Virus record (IMG/VR): IMGVR_UViG_3300006173_000003
Span: 9,439 to 73,438 of that record
Source: a virus
Taxonomy: Duplodnaviria > Caudoviricetes
Length of the DNA: 64,000 nt
Reading direction: 5' to 3' (one strand)
Numbering within the stretch: position 1 is the first letter of the stretch; each line of letters starts with the position of its first letter. The notes beneath the pieces are model-generated. The model was not told where the DNA came from and did no database searches. It was given only the letters and a program-made list of their open reading frames with translations. Shown here piece by piece: positions 46,775 through 57,070 of the stretch. A program made the position numbers and the translations under genes.

Positions 46775-47032
46775 ATGGCTACAGGATTTACGATAGAAAA
46801 AGTTGACTATTCTAATATTCCTTCGGGGGTAATAACGTGGACTTTCGAATTTAAATTATTCAGCGCGACCTCGTATACGCTGATAAGCAATTCGGCTCTT
46901 GTGAACACGGATGGAACGCTGTTGTCTCCGCTTCCTGTAACTGGATTAACAGCCGGGCAGTTGTATTACATTCGGGGATCAGCGAATTGTACTAGTCCGG
47001 TCGAAACGTTTTTGCAAATGGTTCAAACCTAA
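46775..47032 (+). CDS. Single FN3/Ig-like structural module
   Basis: SYTLISNSALVNTDGTLLSPLP similar to N-terminus of 34034-35137; GLTAGQLYYIR FN3-like motif. Confidence 0.5.
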   Translation: MATGFTIEKVDYSNIPSGVITWTFEFKLFSATSYTLISNSALVNTDGTLLSPLPVTGLTAGQLYYIRGSANCTSPVETFLQMVQT

Positions 47033-47038
47033 TATATT

Positions 47039-48106
47039 ATGTCGATAAATTTGTCCGTTAACTTAGGGGTGCCAGCGGGAGTAAGCACAAACAGCATATC
47101 TTACGCTAGGATAGACAATTTGGCTCCGGGACAATCTCCTGTGTTTACAAATGCAGGAAACTTTAATACTTTTCCTGCAACTATTGCGACCAATATCCCA
47201 GCAGGGCAATATCAGATTCAGGCGGTCCCCGTATACCCAGATGGAAGGGTATGCACCCCAACGATTCAAACAACTCAGGGATGTCCGGGTCTCATTTCTA
47301 TTACAGCATCTTTGAATAATAATGTAATTGTCGTCAACTATGTTGCCCCATCAACGGCACCAAAAGTAAGGATCACTATAGACTATCCAAATGGAGGTAG
47401 CTCTGTAGCCAACTATGTAAATGACGGGAATCCTATTTCTGTTGGTATCCCTTCCGGACTGTTCGGAACGTATTCTGTTTTTGGTCAGTCGGTTTGTGAC
47501 GAAGGAAGTGGTTTTTATAGTCCCAACTCTTCCACTGTGACGCTGAGTAATTCTCAAACTATTTCAGGGAGCTTCTTCCTTGGAAATACGATTAGCGCTG
47601 CCTGCGGAGCGGCTGCAACCACTCTTTATTCGAATGGGGCAGCTATCCCTGGCGTTCAGTTGTTCTTAGATAACACTCTTACGACGCCTGTTACTGGATA
47701 CTTGTTCGCCTTATACAATGGTATAATATACAACCTTGATAATACGACCGGAGTGTTGGGGTCTGATTCCGGACAGTCTTGTAGTCCAACGGTCATTATA
47801 CAGAACAGTCTTACGTTTATGAACCTGAGCGCCGTGGTTGGAATATCTGGGTTCATATATTCCCCATCCAGCGGGCAGAATACACAGACCGGATCTCATG
47901 GGGCGTTTACGGGTAGCATAACGGTTGGATGGAATGGAAACGTTCCCTCTACCCCAGCCTTCAGTATGGTATTGAAGAAAAACGGGATACAGACGGGATG
48001 CAACAACTTCCCTACAGGAAGCGGAAGTTCCTCCTTTGTTTTTGCAAGCGATACCTATTTGTCAACAGACATTATTCAAATATCTTGTTCAACTGGTTCT
48101 TGTTAA
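47039..48106 (+). CDS. Multi-Ig/FN3-like structural protein (fibre component)
   Basis: Ser/Thr/Gly-rich beta repeats each ending near Cys pairs. Confidence 0.45.
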   Translation: MSINLSVNLGVPAGVSTNSISYARIDNLAPGQSPVFTNAGNFNTFPATIATNIPAGQYQIQAVPVYPDGRVCTPTIQTTQGCPGLISITASLNNNVIVVNYVAPSTAPKVRITIDYPNGGSSVANYVNDGNPISVGIPSGLFGTYSVFGQSVCDEGSGFYSPNSSTVTLSNSQTISGSFFLGNTISAACGAAATTLYSNGAAIPGVQLFLDNTLTTPVTGYLFALYNGIIYNLDNTTGVLGSDSGQSCSPTVIIQNSLTFMNLSAVVGISGFIYSPSSGQNTQTGSHGAFTGSITVGWNGNVPSTPAFSMVLKKNGIQTGCNNFPTGSGSSSFVFASDTYLSTDIIQISCSTGSC

Positions 48107-48108
48107 TT

Positions 48109-48888
48109 ATGATTGACGTATACGACTTATATCAGAGCTTTTGCAGTACATACAATTTGTACTTAGGCGGATGGTTTCGACCTAACACCGATTTTTTGCA
48201 AAAATGCAATGATATAAGTAAGGAGTTGTGGGTAAAGTGGACGGAAGAAGCAGAGAAATCTCAGGAAGCAAAAGATAATCTTTTGCCATTTCTTGTTTCT
48301 AAGAATATCATAGTATCCAATAAGGGACCGTATGGAACTTTTCCAATCCCAAAAGATGAAGAGAAGCCATATGGAAGGTTTTCGGCAGCTAGGATCATTG
48401 TTTCGGGAAAACATTGTGTTCCTTGCAAAGAGGTAGACGGAGGCAGGTGTTCTAATGGTGATTTTACCAGCTCGGAACAATTGGCCGAAGATTATTACAA
48501 TACAATTGAGCAAACAGATGTTGATCTTGTCGATAATCAGAAATGGGGAGCTTGTAATTCTCACTTGACTAAAAAACCTTCTCTTAAAAAGCCAAAGATG
48601 AGGCAGATAGACGATGGATTTCAGGTTGCTCCAAGGGAGGTTAGCGTTATAGTATTGGATTATTACAGGCCACCAAAAGAGGCAACGTTTGTGTATGATA
48701 AGAGTCCGGGTAATGAACAAACTGGGGCTGGGGATATGATAATCTATGATCAGAAAAATAGCCAACCATTAGAATGGCCTTTTAATATAAGAGAAGAGTT
48801 TTTGAATCGTTTGGGACAGGCTTATGGAACTTTTACAAAGGATCAGTTTCTTAGCCAATTTTCAGCACAACAAAAAGCAGCAAGCTAA
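48109..48888 (+). CDS. Putative tail ring/adaptor protein
   Basis: ATG at 48109 (MIDVYDLY); LDYYRPPKEATF...LEWP resembles ring-protein C-termini. Confidence 0.45.
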   Translation: MIDVYDLYQSFCSTYNLYLGGWFRPNTDFLQKCNDISKELWVKWTEEAEKSQEAKDNLLPFLVSKNIIVSNKGPYGTFPIPKDEEKPYGRFSAARIIVSGKHCVPCKEVDGGRCSNGDFTSSEQLAEDYYNTIEQTDVDLVDNQKWGACNSHLTKKPSLKKPKMRQIDDGFQVAPREVSVIVLDYYRPPKEATFVYDKSPGNEQTGAGDMIIYDQKNSQPLEWPFNIREEFLNRLGQAYGTFTKDQFLSQFSAQQKAAS

Positions 48889-49649
48889 TGCCTAGTCAAG
48901 ATTTTACCACATTGCAGCAATTGTTAAACTATACTAATACGTACTTCGTTACCAATGGGGTTAATTCCATCACCGGAGACGAAGGGAATAATATATTGAA
49001 TGGGTTCGGAAAGTTTATTCAGTCGTACACAATGAATAACGGGTTGGCCGGAATATCTTCTAGTAGCGGCGTCGTTCCTTTGTCTAAGCCTGTAACTATA
49101 TTTTCAGTTGCTCCGACTTCGTTTAATTGGACCGACAATGTTCAACAAGAGTATTATATCGTAAACGCCACTGGTGTTGCCATAAATGCGACATCGGGAT
49201 ATTCCTTTGTGGATGCATATGGGACAACGCAGACATCCATTGCGGCTAGGGATTCGGTACATATTGCTAAGGCGACGAATGGGACATGGTATAGAATAAA
49301 CAACGTTTCCGGGTCTGCATCTGGCGGATTGCCTCCGATGACTGGTAATGCAGGAAAAGGTCTGTTCACCGATGGAACAAGCGCGTTTTGGGGAGATAAT
49401 GTTCTCCAGATACCAGCAGGAGACGCAAATTATACCGATGCTACAACATGGGTAAATGGAAGTAGCTATAATCTGGTGCTTCCGAGTCCTCATTTCTTGC
49501 TGTTTTGGAACGAGACCAACAGATTCTTGCTAAGAAATATAAGTCCAGTCGAGTACGGATATGTAACAAATGGGTTTAAAGTTTTTGTTCCGGGATTTGA
49601 CGGATCAAATTCAAATGTATTTTTATTATTCAAAGGAGCAACTTCGTAA
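48888..49649 (+). CDS. Tail fibre-associated protein
   Basis: N-terminal TNGVNSITGDEGNNILN fibre-attachment-like motif; no signal peptide. Confidence 0.45.
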   Translation: MPSQDFTTLQQLLNYTNTYFVTNGVNSITGDEGNNILNGFGKFIQSYTMNNGLAGISSSSGVVPLSKPVTIFSVAPTSFNWTDNVQQEYYIVNATGVAINATSGYSFVDAYGTTQTSIAARDSVHIAKATNGTWYRINNVSGSASGGLPPMTGNAGKGLFTDGTSAFWGDNVLQIPAGDANYTDATTWVNGSSYNLVLPSPHFLLFWNETNRFLLRNISPVEYGYVTNGFKVFVPGFDGSNSNVFLLFKGATS

Positions 49650-49651
49650 GC

Positions 49652-52600
49652 ATGAAAAAAATATTATTCATAGTAGGTCTTCTGATCGGTTTTCAGGTTG
49701 CTTTTTCGCAATCCAGCCCTACCTTTTTGCCTCCAAGGTCATCTGCTACAACTACGGTTCAGGATTCCAGACTTAGAGCGTTGCTGACATTTTATTATCC
49801 ACATACGCATGGATTAACGTTAAACGGAGGGTTGGATACTTTGGGAGCCGTTATATACGAAGACAGCAGTGGGCACGTCTGGTATAGAGACACTATTCCT
49901 GCTGGGGGGCATAGATGGAGAATGATGTTGAGTTTTGGAGATCCAACAGGGGGAGTATCTTCTTTCAATACAAGAACCGGAGCCGTAACGCTTACGTCTG
50001 GTGACGTGATTACAGCGCTTACTTATACTCCAATAAATCCCAATGGAACATCGTCTCAGTACATAGCAGGAGATGGATCAAAAGTTACCTTCCCGACTAT
50101 ACCAGAGCAAATAAATATTACTGATGCTGGTCTCTTTGTTCATTCTGGAAGCTATCCAAATTATACGTTTACCGGGAATACTCCTACGCAGCAACAGGTT
50201 TTTACTCAGGGATCTACCCTTAATCAAAATAACTTCTGGGTAACAGGAGCGAATGTTTTAGGAATGACCGGGACGGCAGCTTTCGGATTGCCTACGGGAA
50301 GCACATCGCAACGCCCATCGTCTGCCGGAGTAGGATATTTCAGATACAATACCGATAGCGCTTCAACAGAAACATATAATGGAAGTCAGTGGATTAAAAC
50401 GGGTACAGGAACGGCCATAACAGGGGTTACAAGTTTCAATACAAGGACGGGTGCTGTTACTTTGAACTCCTCTGATGTTACAACCGCATTGGCTTTTACG
50501 CCATATAATTCCACCAATCCGGCTGGCTATATTTCTAATATAACTGGAAAAATAATTAATGGAGCCAATATAGTCATAACCGGAAGCGGAACCGGTGTTG
50601 ATCCATATGTAATCATCGGAACTGGTGGTGGGGGAGGTGGGGGGAATACCAATTCAAATATTGGATCGGGGTATAGGTTTGCGGTTCCCAACACCAACAG
50701 TATAAAAACTTTATTCTGTTCAGGATGTACGTTGGATAGCACCACGAATGCCAATGCTCTTACATTAACGGTAACTGGGGGTAGTGGAATTACCCAATTA
50801 ACAGGGGATGGAACCGCTGGGCCAGGATCGGGAAGCCAGGCATTTACTTTAACGACCGTCAATAGTAATGTAGGAACTTTTGGAAGTGCATCATCGGTTC
50901 CTGTTTTTGTCGTCAATGGAAAGGGTCTTGTGACCGGCGTAACGAATACATCAATTCAGATAACTGAATCTCAGGTAACGAATTTAACAACAGATTTGGC
51001 TGGCAAGCAACCAACTGGAAATTATATAACTGGGATTACTGGAGATGTTGTCGCCACTGGCCCCGGATCGGTAGCCTCTACAATTCAAGCAAACGCGGTA
51101 ACTACAGGAAAAATAAATAATAACGCTGTTACCTATGCAAAATTTCAAGCCTCTTCTCAAGCTGCTTTATTGGGGACAAATGCTGCCGGAAATTTTGGAG
51201 AAATAACGTTGGGGACTGGATTGTCTTTTAGCGGCTCAGTTTTAAATGCAACAGGGGGAGGGTCTCAGACATTAACGTATACTCAGCTTGCTCTCAATAA
51301 CACACTGTCTATTAGTGGGGGTAATACCCAGACATTTCTTGTAGCTACCCACGCTTTGGCAGGGTTAATGGATTCTGCATCAAAAGCCGTTGTAGACAGC
51401 TTGCGCCTTAGAACTTATACTTTTCCTTCTGGCAGCGGATTGACGGCAGGAGGAGGATTCTCTCCATTATTCACCAATACGGTAACTGGGTCTACTCTTA
51501 ATTTTGTTGCCTCCAATGCTGCTGCTAATTCTGCTTTTGGAAATTTTACTGGATCACCAGCGCCGGCAGCATTTGGGAAACTTCCCCTTGCAGCAATGGC
51601 TACAGGAACAGCCAATACTCTAATAGGATATGATGGGTCTGGTAATCCTTCGGGAATAACAGTGGGCTCCGGATTGTCGCTGGTTAGCGGTACATTAAGC
51701 TCTACAGCAGGAGGAGGTAGTGTTACAAGCGTAGGACTCGCATTGCCCGCTAGTTTATTTGCTGTTTCTGGTTCCCCCGTCACCGGTGCGGGAACTTTAA
51801 CCGGTTCATTCAATACTCAAAACGCAGGATTCGTTTTAGTGAGCGATTCGGTAAATAATGGTCAAGTGCCTACCATGCGTCATCTTGTGGTTAAAGACCT
51901 TCCAGTATTTAGCCCGTGGCCCGCAGAGGCTCCAATGGGAACCATATACAGTAAATCAGCATGGTCATTGCCGGTCACAGATTTTATTCCCGGACCAATA
52001 GCTCAGCTAACATATGCAATCAGCACAGAAGGTTATTTAAATGTTACAGGTCCATCCGCAGTAACGTTTAACAACTATGCTAGAGTGTTACAGCAAAGAC
52101 CGACCCAGCTACCCAGATTTACGGAGACTGTCGTTTTTAAAATGCTGACCACTCCTGCCGCTGGAACGGTAGGATTTGGAATAGGCATTAAACAAAACAA
52201 TGGAGCCATTGGAGATTTCACGGCATATGTCAATACGACAAATAGCGGATCTTCTGGCTTTCTTACCATCGTTCGTTCAGACGGTAGCGTTACTTATCAG
52301 AGTGGGTCCAGTTCAAATACTGTACACTTGAATGATGTCATGCAATTAAAGGTTGTGTATGCCGACTCCGTTGTAACGGCTTTTTTGACTAATATAACTA
52401 CTGGTATTACGTCTACTCCATTAGTATGGACAAATACCATCCCAAGTGCTGTTAGTCCTCTTTTTACGGATTGTAGTTTTTCTTTTACACCATTTGGGCC
52501 AGCCACATACCAAATCCAATCCTATACTATTACCTCTGAAACCATTAGGAATGCAAATATGATTTTCATTGGGGACTCAAAGACCCAAGGATTTAAGGCT

Positions 52601-54958
52601 AATTTTTTCAATGGTAGATTCGGGTGGCAAATGGGACAGTCTTTCCCGTCTGCTGTAATTTGGGCTGGAGGTTCCAATAAAACTACTGATGTCCTTCTGC
52701 AAATGGACGAATTGTCCCAATTGAACGGAGCCAATATTTTTATGAGTCTTGGATCGAATGATATTCGGGGAGGAGCTACAGTGACAGCAACAATGATTAA
52801 CTATAACAGAATAGTTAATATGCTCCGCGCCTATGGTGCCAACGTATATCACATGGTATTCCCAGAAGACTCTACGTCTACTGGAGTTGGATTAACAGCG
52901 CTGAAGAATGCAATACTAGCAACATACCCTACAACATATATAGACACATGGGACACGCTTTCTACAGCAGGAAATAATATTTTAAGAGCCGCTTACCAAG
53001 GAGATGCCGTACATCCAAATCAGGCCGGTAATGATGCCATAGTCCGAGCAATTAATGCCAGTGGATTTGGTAAAGTAATTGCTACAAATAGGAAATCGGC
53101 CTATAGAATCACTGATGGTAATATTAAATTCAACGGAGACAGTTTATTCTTATTCCCCATTGACAAAAACACAAATTATGTAAACCACTGGACAAGCAAT
53201 GGTAGTTTTACAACTGGATTATTGCAGGACAATGGAATTGTATCCGGAGCCTCTGCCTCTCCATTGGCCCCAGTAGCCAACACCATATTTAATGTTAATG
53301 GAGTGCTGGGTATTCAGGGAACAAGTGGTGGAATTTTGTTTTCAGGTAGAGACAACGCAGATCAAACAATAGGAGAGGCGGCTATTTTTTGCTCAAATTA
53401 TGCTATTCGGTATTTTGCCAATGGAGTCCAGACATTCTCTGTAGATTCCGCAGGAAGAGCAGCGATAGGCAATGTGGCTGTAGGCAATGGAGTAAATGCG
53501 TTCTTGTCTATAAGCCCTGGTCTTGCCGCTAGACCCCCTCTTAGATTTACTGTTAATGGGTCGGTGCTAACATCAACCCCACAGGCAGGCGCATTAGAGG
53601 TATTAGTTGATAGCCTTTATTTTACAGGGAATAATGGTACAAGGAACAAAATATGGCCACAATCCGCAAGTGGAGGTAATCCATTTGCAGACAACACCGC
53701 ATTGGTAAAGAATAATGCAGACAACACAAAATTGCTAATCTTAAGCGCTGCATCCATTTCCACAGCAACCACAAGGACGGCAACCTTCCCAGATGCAAAT
53801 ATCACTGTAGCAGATAAATTAAGCCCTTTAAGCCAATTCGCTTCTACCACATCTGCTCAATTACTTGGAGTCATTTCAGACGAAACAGGGACCGGATCAT
53901 TGGTATTTGGGACATCTCCAACTATTGCTACACCCCTCTTCACTGGATTAACAAGTTCAGGAGCCAATGACTCAGTTCTTACTGTTGATCCTACCACTGG
54001 GCAATTACATAGAAGATCTGGGGCTTTCAATTTATTCTTCGCAAACGGATTGACAGCAGCAGGAGGGGATAGTGCATATTGGGGAGGAACTTTAAATCAG
54101 CCCACTACCATTTCTGGAGCCGGATTCCCTGTATCGTTGGGGACTTCGGGAAGCAACTTAGGAGGTCTATCTATTACAGGTGGAAAGTATAACAGTGCGC
54201 AAGGGTCTCAAATATTAGGTGTGGCCTCGACCATAAATAATGCTATAACAGCAGGTAGCGGGAACGTTACCAATTTTTCTGCATACGCTTTCTTGGCCCC
54301 CACGATTACTAGTACGAATACTTCGGTTACTTATACAACTCCATCCACTTTATATATTGACAATGCCCCAACGCTAAGCACAAATTCTTCTGCAACTGGG
54401 AGGGTGTATGCATTAAATGTAAACGCAGGAATAAATCACTTTGGATTAGGGCCTGCTAATGTTACTGCTCTTTTTGATGGTTGTGTATTTGTAGGAAATG
54501 CAACTATAACCGGAAACACATTGTTAGGCATTGGACCTTCAACTGCTACTCAAACAGCGGTTAGATTTGAGTCTGGAGTTGACTTAACTTCTCCCGCATC
54601 TGGTCAAATGTGGTGGAACGGAACCAATTTTTATTTTGGGGATGCTGGAGGAATTAAAAGGGATTTGTTGAACGGAGTGCACAATTATGTACATTCAATA
54701 TTTACCCCTACGACTGGAGGAACGGTAAGTTTAATCAACAATAATTATAATATTATAAATCCGGCTGGGGCCCTGGTTGCATTAACTGTAAATTTGCCTT
54801 CTTCTCCGTCAAACAATGATGTGGTTTATATAAAGTATACGCAGACAATCAGTACGGTAACTTATGCCAATGGAACCGTAGTGGATGGAATAACAGCACC
54901 GACGGCTGGTGGGATGGTTGTGTTAACTTATGATAGCGGGACAACAAGCTGGTACTAA
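49652..54958 (+). CDS. Tail-fibre-like protein with Sec signal peptide and SGNH esterase domain
   Basis: MKKILFIVGLLIGFQVAFS|Q; fibre motifs VxSFNTRTGAVTL (x2), LPTGSTSQRP...RYNT, ITESQVTNLTTDLAGKQ, AVTTGKI; SGNH GDS..GSND..DAVHP at about 52560-53030. Confidence 0.75.
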   Translation: MKKILFIVGLLIGFQVAFSQSSPTFLPPRSSATTTVQDSRLRALLTFYYPHTHGLTLNGGLDTLGAVIYEDSSGHVWYRDTIPAGGHRWRMMLSFGDPTGGVSSFNTRTGAVTLTSGDVITALTYTPINPNGTSSQYIAGDGSKVTFPTIPEQINITDAGLFVHSGSYPNYTFTGNTPTQQQVFTQGSTLNQNNFWVTGANVLGMTGTAAFGLPTGSTSQRPSSAGVGYFRYNTDSASTETYNGSQWIKTGTGTAITGVTSFNTRTGAVTLNSSDVTTALAFTPYNSTNPAGYISNITGKIINGANIVITGSGTGVDPYVIIGTGGGGGGGNTNSNIGSGYRFAVPNTNSIKTLFCSGCTLDSTTNANALTLTVTGGSGITQLTGDGTAGPGSGSQAFTLTTVNSNVGTFGSASSVPVFVVNGKGLVTGVTNTSIQITESQVTNLTTDLAGKQPTGNYITGITGDVVATGPGSVASTIQANAVTTGKINNNAVTYAKFQASSQAALLGTNAAGNFGEITLGTGLSFSGSVLNATGGGSQTLTYTQLALNNTLSISGGNTQTFLVATHALAGLMDSASKAVVDSLRLRTYTFPSGSGLTAGGGFSPLFTNTVTGSTLNFVASNAAANSAFGNFTGSPAPAAFGKLPLAAMATGTANTLIGYDGSGNPSGITVGSGLSLVSGTLSSTAGGGSVTSVGLALPASLFAVSGSPVTGAGTLTGSFNTQNAGFVLVSDSVNNGQVPTMRHLVVKDLPVFSPWPAEAPMGTIYSKSAWSLPVTDFIPGPIAQLTYAISTEGYLNVTGPSAVTFNNYARVLQQRPTQLPRFTETVVFKMLTTPAAGTVGFGIGIKQNNGAIGDFTAYVNTTNSGSSGFLTIVRSDGSVTYQSGSSSNTVHLNDVMQLKVVYADSVVTAFLTNITTGITSTPLVWTNTIPSAVSPLFTDCSFSFTPFGPATYQIQSYTITSETIRNANMIFIGDSKTQGFKANFFNGRFGWQMGQSFPSAVIWAGGSNKTTDVLLQMDELSQLNGANIFMSLGSNDIRGGATVTATMINYNRIVNMLRAYGANVYHMVFPEDSTSTGVGLTALKNAILATYPTTYIDTWDTLSTAGNNILRAAYQGDAVHPNQAGNDAIVRAINASGFGKVIATNRKSAYRITDGNIKFNGDSLFLFPIDKNTNYVNHWTSNGSFTTGLLQDNGIVSGASASPLAPVANTIFNVNGVLGIQGTSGGILFSGRDNADQTIGEAAIFCSNYAIRYFANGVQTFSVDSAGRAAIGNVAVGNGVNAFLSISPGLAARPPLRFTVNGSVLTSTPQAGALEVLVDSLYFTGNNGTRNKIWPQSASGGNPFADNTALVKNNADNTKLLILSAASISTATTRTATFPDANITVADKLSPLSQFASTTSAQLLGVISDETGTGSLVFGTSPTIATPLFTGLTSSGANDSVLTVDPTTGQLHRRSGAFNLFFANGLTAAGGDSAYWGGTLNQPTTISGAGFPVSLGTSGSNLGGLSITGGKYNSAQGSQILGVASTINNAITAGSGNVTNFSAYAFLAPTITSTNTSVTYTTPSTLYIDNAPTLSTNSSATGRVYALNVNAGINHFGLGPANVTALFDGCVFVGNATITGNTLLGIGPSTATQTAVRFESGVDLTSPASGQMWWNGTNFYFGDAGGIKRDLLNGVHNYVHSIFTPTTGGTVSLINNNYNIINPAGALVALTVNLPSSPSNNDVVYIKYTQTISTVTYANGTVVDGITAPTAGGMVVLTYDSGTTSWY

Positions 54959-54967
54959 ATAATAGAA

Positions 54968-55396
54968 ATGAAAACAATAGTCACTGGATTTATTGTTGGG
55001 ATATTGGGGATTCTTTCCTTTATTGGATTCGAAAGGTTCAATAGTTATCCTGTTTTTTTTGACCATAATGGCCAACTGACAGCAAATCAAGTAAGGATAT
55101 GGGCCGACACGACAACGCCAACAACTGGATCTGGATTTAGTATTGACATATCTTCGGCCGGATTTTCTGCAATCAAGTCAGCTACGGTAACGGCCCAAAA
55201 TAATACCTCTTCTATCGGATCAATGCCAATAGTAGTGATAAAGTCTGTTTCGACGACAGCTATTGTGGTAAACATAATGGAACAAAATAGCGCCACCACA
55301 ACTATTTTAGGAATTACTGTTTTGTCTGGGTCTCCATTGCAATTAGCTTCGTCTACTTCTGGATTTTTACTGAACGTAAAAGTAGAAGGGTATTAA
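54968..55396 (+). CDS. Small exported or membrane-anchored beta protein (fibre-tip-like)
   Basis: MKTIVTGFIVGILGILSFIGF hydrophobic N-terminus; Ser/Thr-rich beta body. Confidence 0.5.
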   Translation: MKTIVTGFIVGILGILSFIGFERFNSYPVFFDHNGQLTANQVRIWADTTTPTTGSGFSIDISSAGFSAIKSATVTAQNNTSSIGSMPIVVIKSVSTTAIVVNIMEQNSATTTILGITVLSGSPLQLASSTSGFLLNVKVEGY

Positions 55397-57070
55397 ATGA
55401 AGATAATTTTATCTATATTTTTTTTATTTCCTTCTATCGTCTTCGGACAATGGATTGGTTCTCCCGGAGAATATGTGAATCTACTTTTAAATACTTCTAC
55501 TCATAGGGCCTATACCGTGGATAATGCCGTACCCACTATAGTTCCCAGCCCGACAAATGTATCTGCAATTGCCGGTGGGCCACATAGCGCATGTCTGATA
55601 GATAATTTAGGGAATGTTTATTGTAAAGGGCAGAATCCAAACGGAGTAATTCCAAATGGGACGCAAACTGACCAAAGTAGTTTTGTCATATGCATGACAG
55701 ACAATTTAAGTAATACCCTTGATCCTGTAATACAGGTTTTCCTAAGCGGGAATGCAAATAAAGGAGCTTTTTGGAATGTATTTGCCGTAACAAACAGCGG
55801 TAAGTTATATGGGGCTGGAGAGCTTGAATCATATGTTATCGGAGATGGGACAGCGGGGACAGCCGTAAACACTAGATGGGTTAGAATAAACGTTGGAAGT
55901 GGAACGGATACGTTTGTAACAAAGATACAAGGAGGATATGGGATGCTGGCCAAGACTGCTGCCGGGAGTGTATACACATGGGGGGCTGATAGGGATGGAT
56001 ATATAAACGGACAGGGAACTACAACTGCGGCAACAACTCCAACAAAAGTTTCTTTACCCGGAGGCAAGACGGCCCTTGATATTGCGAGTAACGGATTGGT
56101 CCATGCTGTATTGCTAAGCGATGGAACGCAAGCGATGACGGGCTCTCAAAACCTAAATGATTACATTGGGATATATCCTACTGCGATGACCAGAAGTTTT
56201 CAGGATGTCACCAGTGCGTTAGGGTTGCCAGCACCAGCCAAGGCTGTTTCCATGAATGCGTCCACAACCTACTGGATTTTGACCAGCGGTGCAATGTGGG
56301 CTCATGGAGATAATAGTTGCGGAACGATCGGCAATGGGGATATGTTAGATTGGGGGGCATATAAATGCTGTCCGGGGCCAAGCTCAGGGTCTCCTGCTCC
56401 ATATAATTACGATAATGGATTCCATGAGCATATGCAGATATCTCCCGTAGAACCGGTGCCAGGAAAAAGGGATTGGATGATGGTTAATACGTGTGCATCG
56501 AATAGCTGGTTTGCTCATGCGACAGATTCAACTGGAAGGTTCTATACGTGGGGAAGAAATAAATTTGGACCTCTCGTAAATTCAATCATTGGGGCTAATC
56601 CGGTAAATGGAGGCATCGGAGCAGCATATCCAGATTCATGGTCTATTCCTTGGGTCACACAACAGTTCCCCTCCTCAATTACCGCATATGTTCAGAGTAC
56701 CAGCCCTTATTGTCTATTGAATCCATCAGGGGCCCCATGCAATACATATACTCCTCCGGTAAATGTAAAGCCAACGGCTGCTTTAACCGTTAGGCAGGTA
56801 GGAACATCTGTTATATTGGATGCCTCCGGAAGCACAGACGACGTTTTTATTATGTCTTATTTGCATACTCAATTAACGGGAACAGCATTGCAATTGAAAA
56901 TAAGAACAGGAGTAAAAGATACCATACAAAATGTTTCTCCTGGGTCTTACTCATTTAAGACGAAAGTTACTGACAATGGGTTTTTGACGGACAGCGTATC
57001 GGTTAGTTTCACTGTATTGCCTCCTAATGTGATTCCAATACCATATGGGGTTAGAATAATACCACATTGA
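55397..57070 (+). CDS. Exported RCC1-repeat protein with PKD-like domain
   Basis: MKIILSIFFLFPSIVFG|Q; RCC1-like GNVYCKGQNPNG, GSVYTWG, GRFYTWGRN; PKD-like LDASGSTD...GSYSFKTKVTDN. Confidence 0.75.
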   Translation: MKIILSIFFLFPSIVFGQWIGSPGEYVNLLLNTSTHRAYTVDNAVPTIVPSPTNVSAIAGGPHSACLIDNLGNVYCKGQNPNGVIPNGTQTDQSSFVICMTDNLSNTLDPVIQVFLSGNANKGAFWNVFAVTNSGKLYGAGELESYVIGDGTAGTAVNTRWVRINVGSGTDTFVTKIQGGYGMLAKTAAGSVYTWGADRDGYINGQGTTTAATTPTKVSLPGGKTALDIASNGLVHAVLLSDGTQAMTGSQNLNDYIGIYPTAMTRSFQDVTSALGLPAPAKAVSMNASTTYWILTSGAMWAHGDNSCGTIGNGDMLDWGAYKCCPGPSSGSPAPYNYDNGFHEHMQISPVEPVPGKRDWMMVNTCASNSWFAHATDSTGRFYTWGRNKFGPLVNSIIGANPVNGGIGAAYPDSWSIPWVTQQFPSSITAYVQSTSPYCLLNPSGAPCNTYTPPVNVKPTAALTVRQVGTSVILDASGSTDDVFIMSYLHTQLTGTALQLKIRTGVKDTIQNVSPGSYSFKTKVTDNGFLTDSVSVSFTVLPPNVIPIPYGVRIIPH

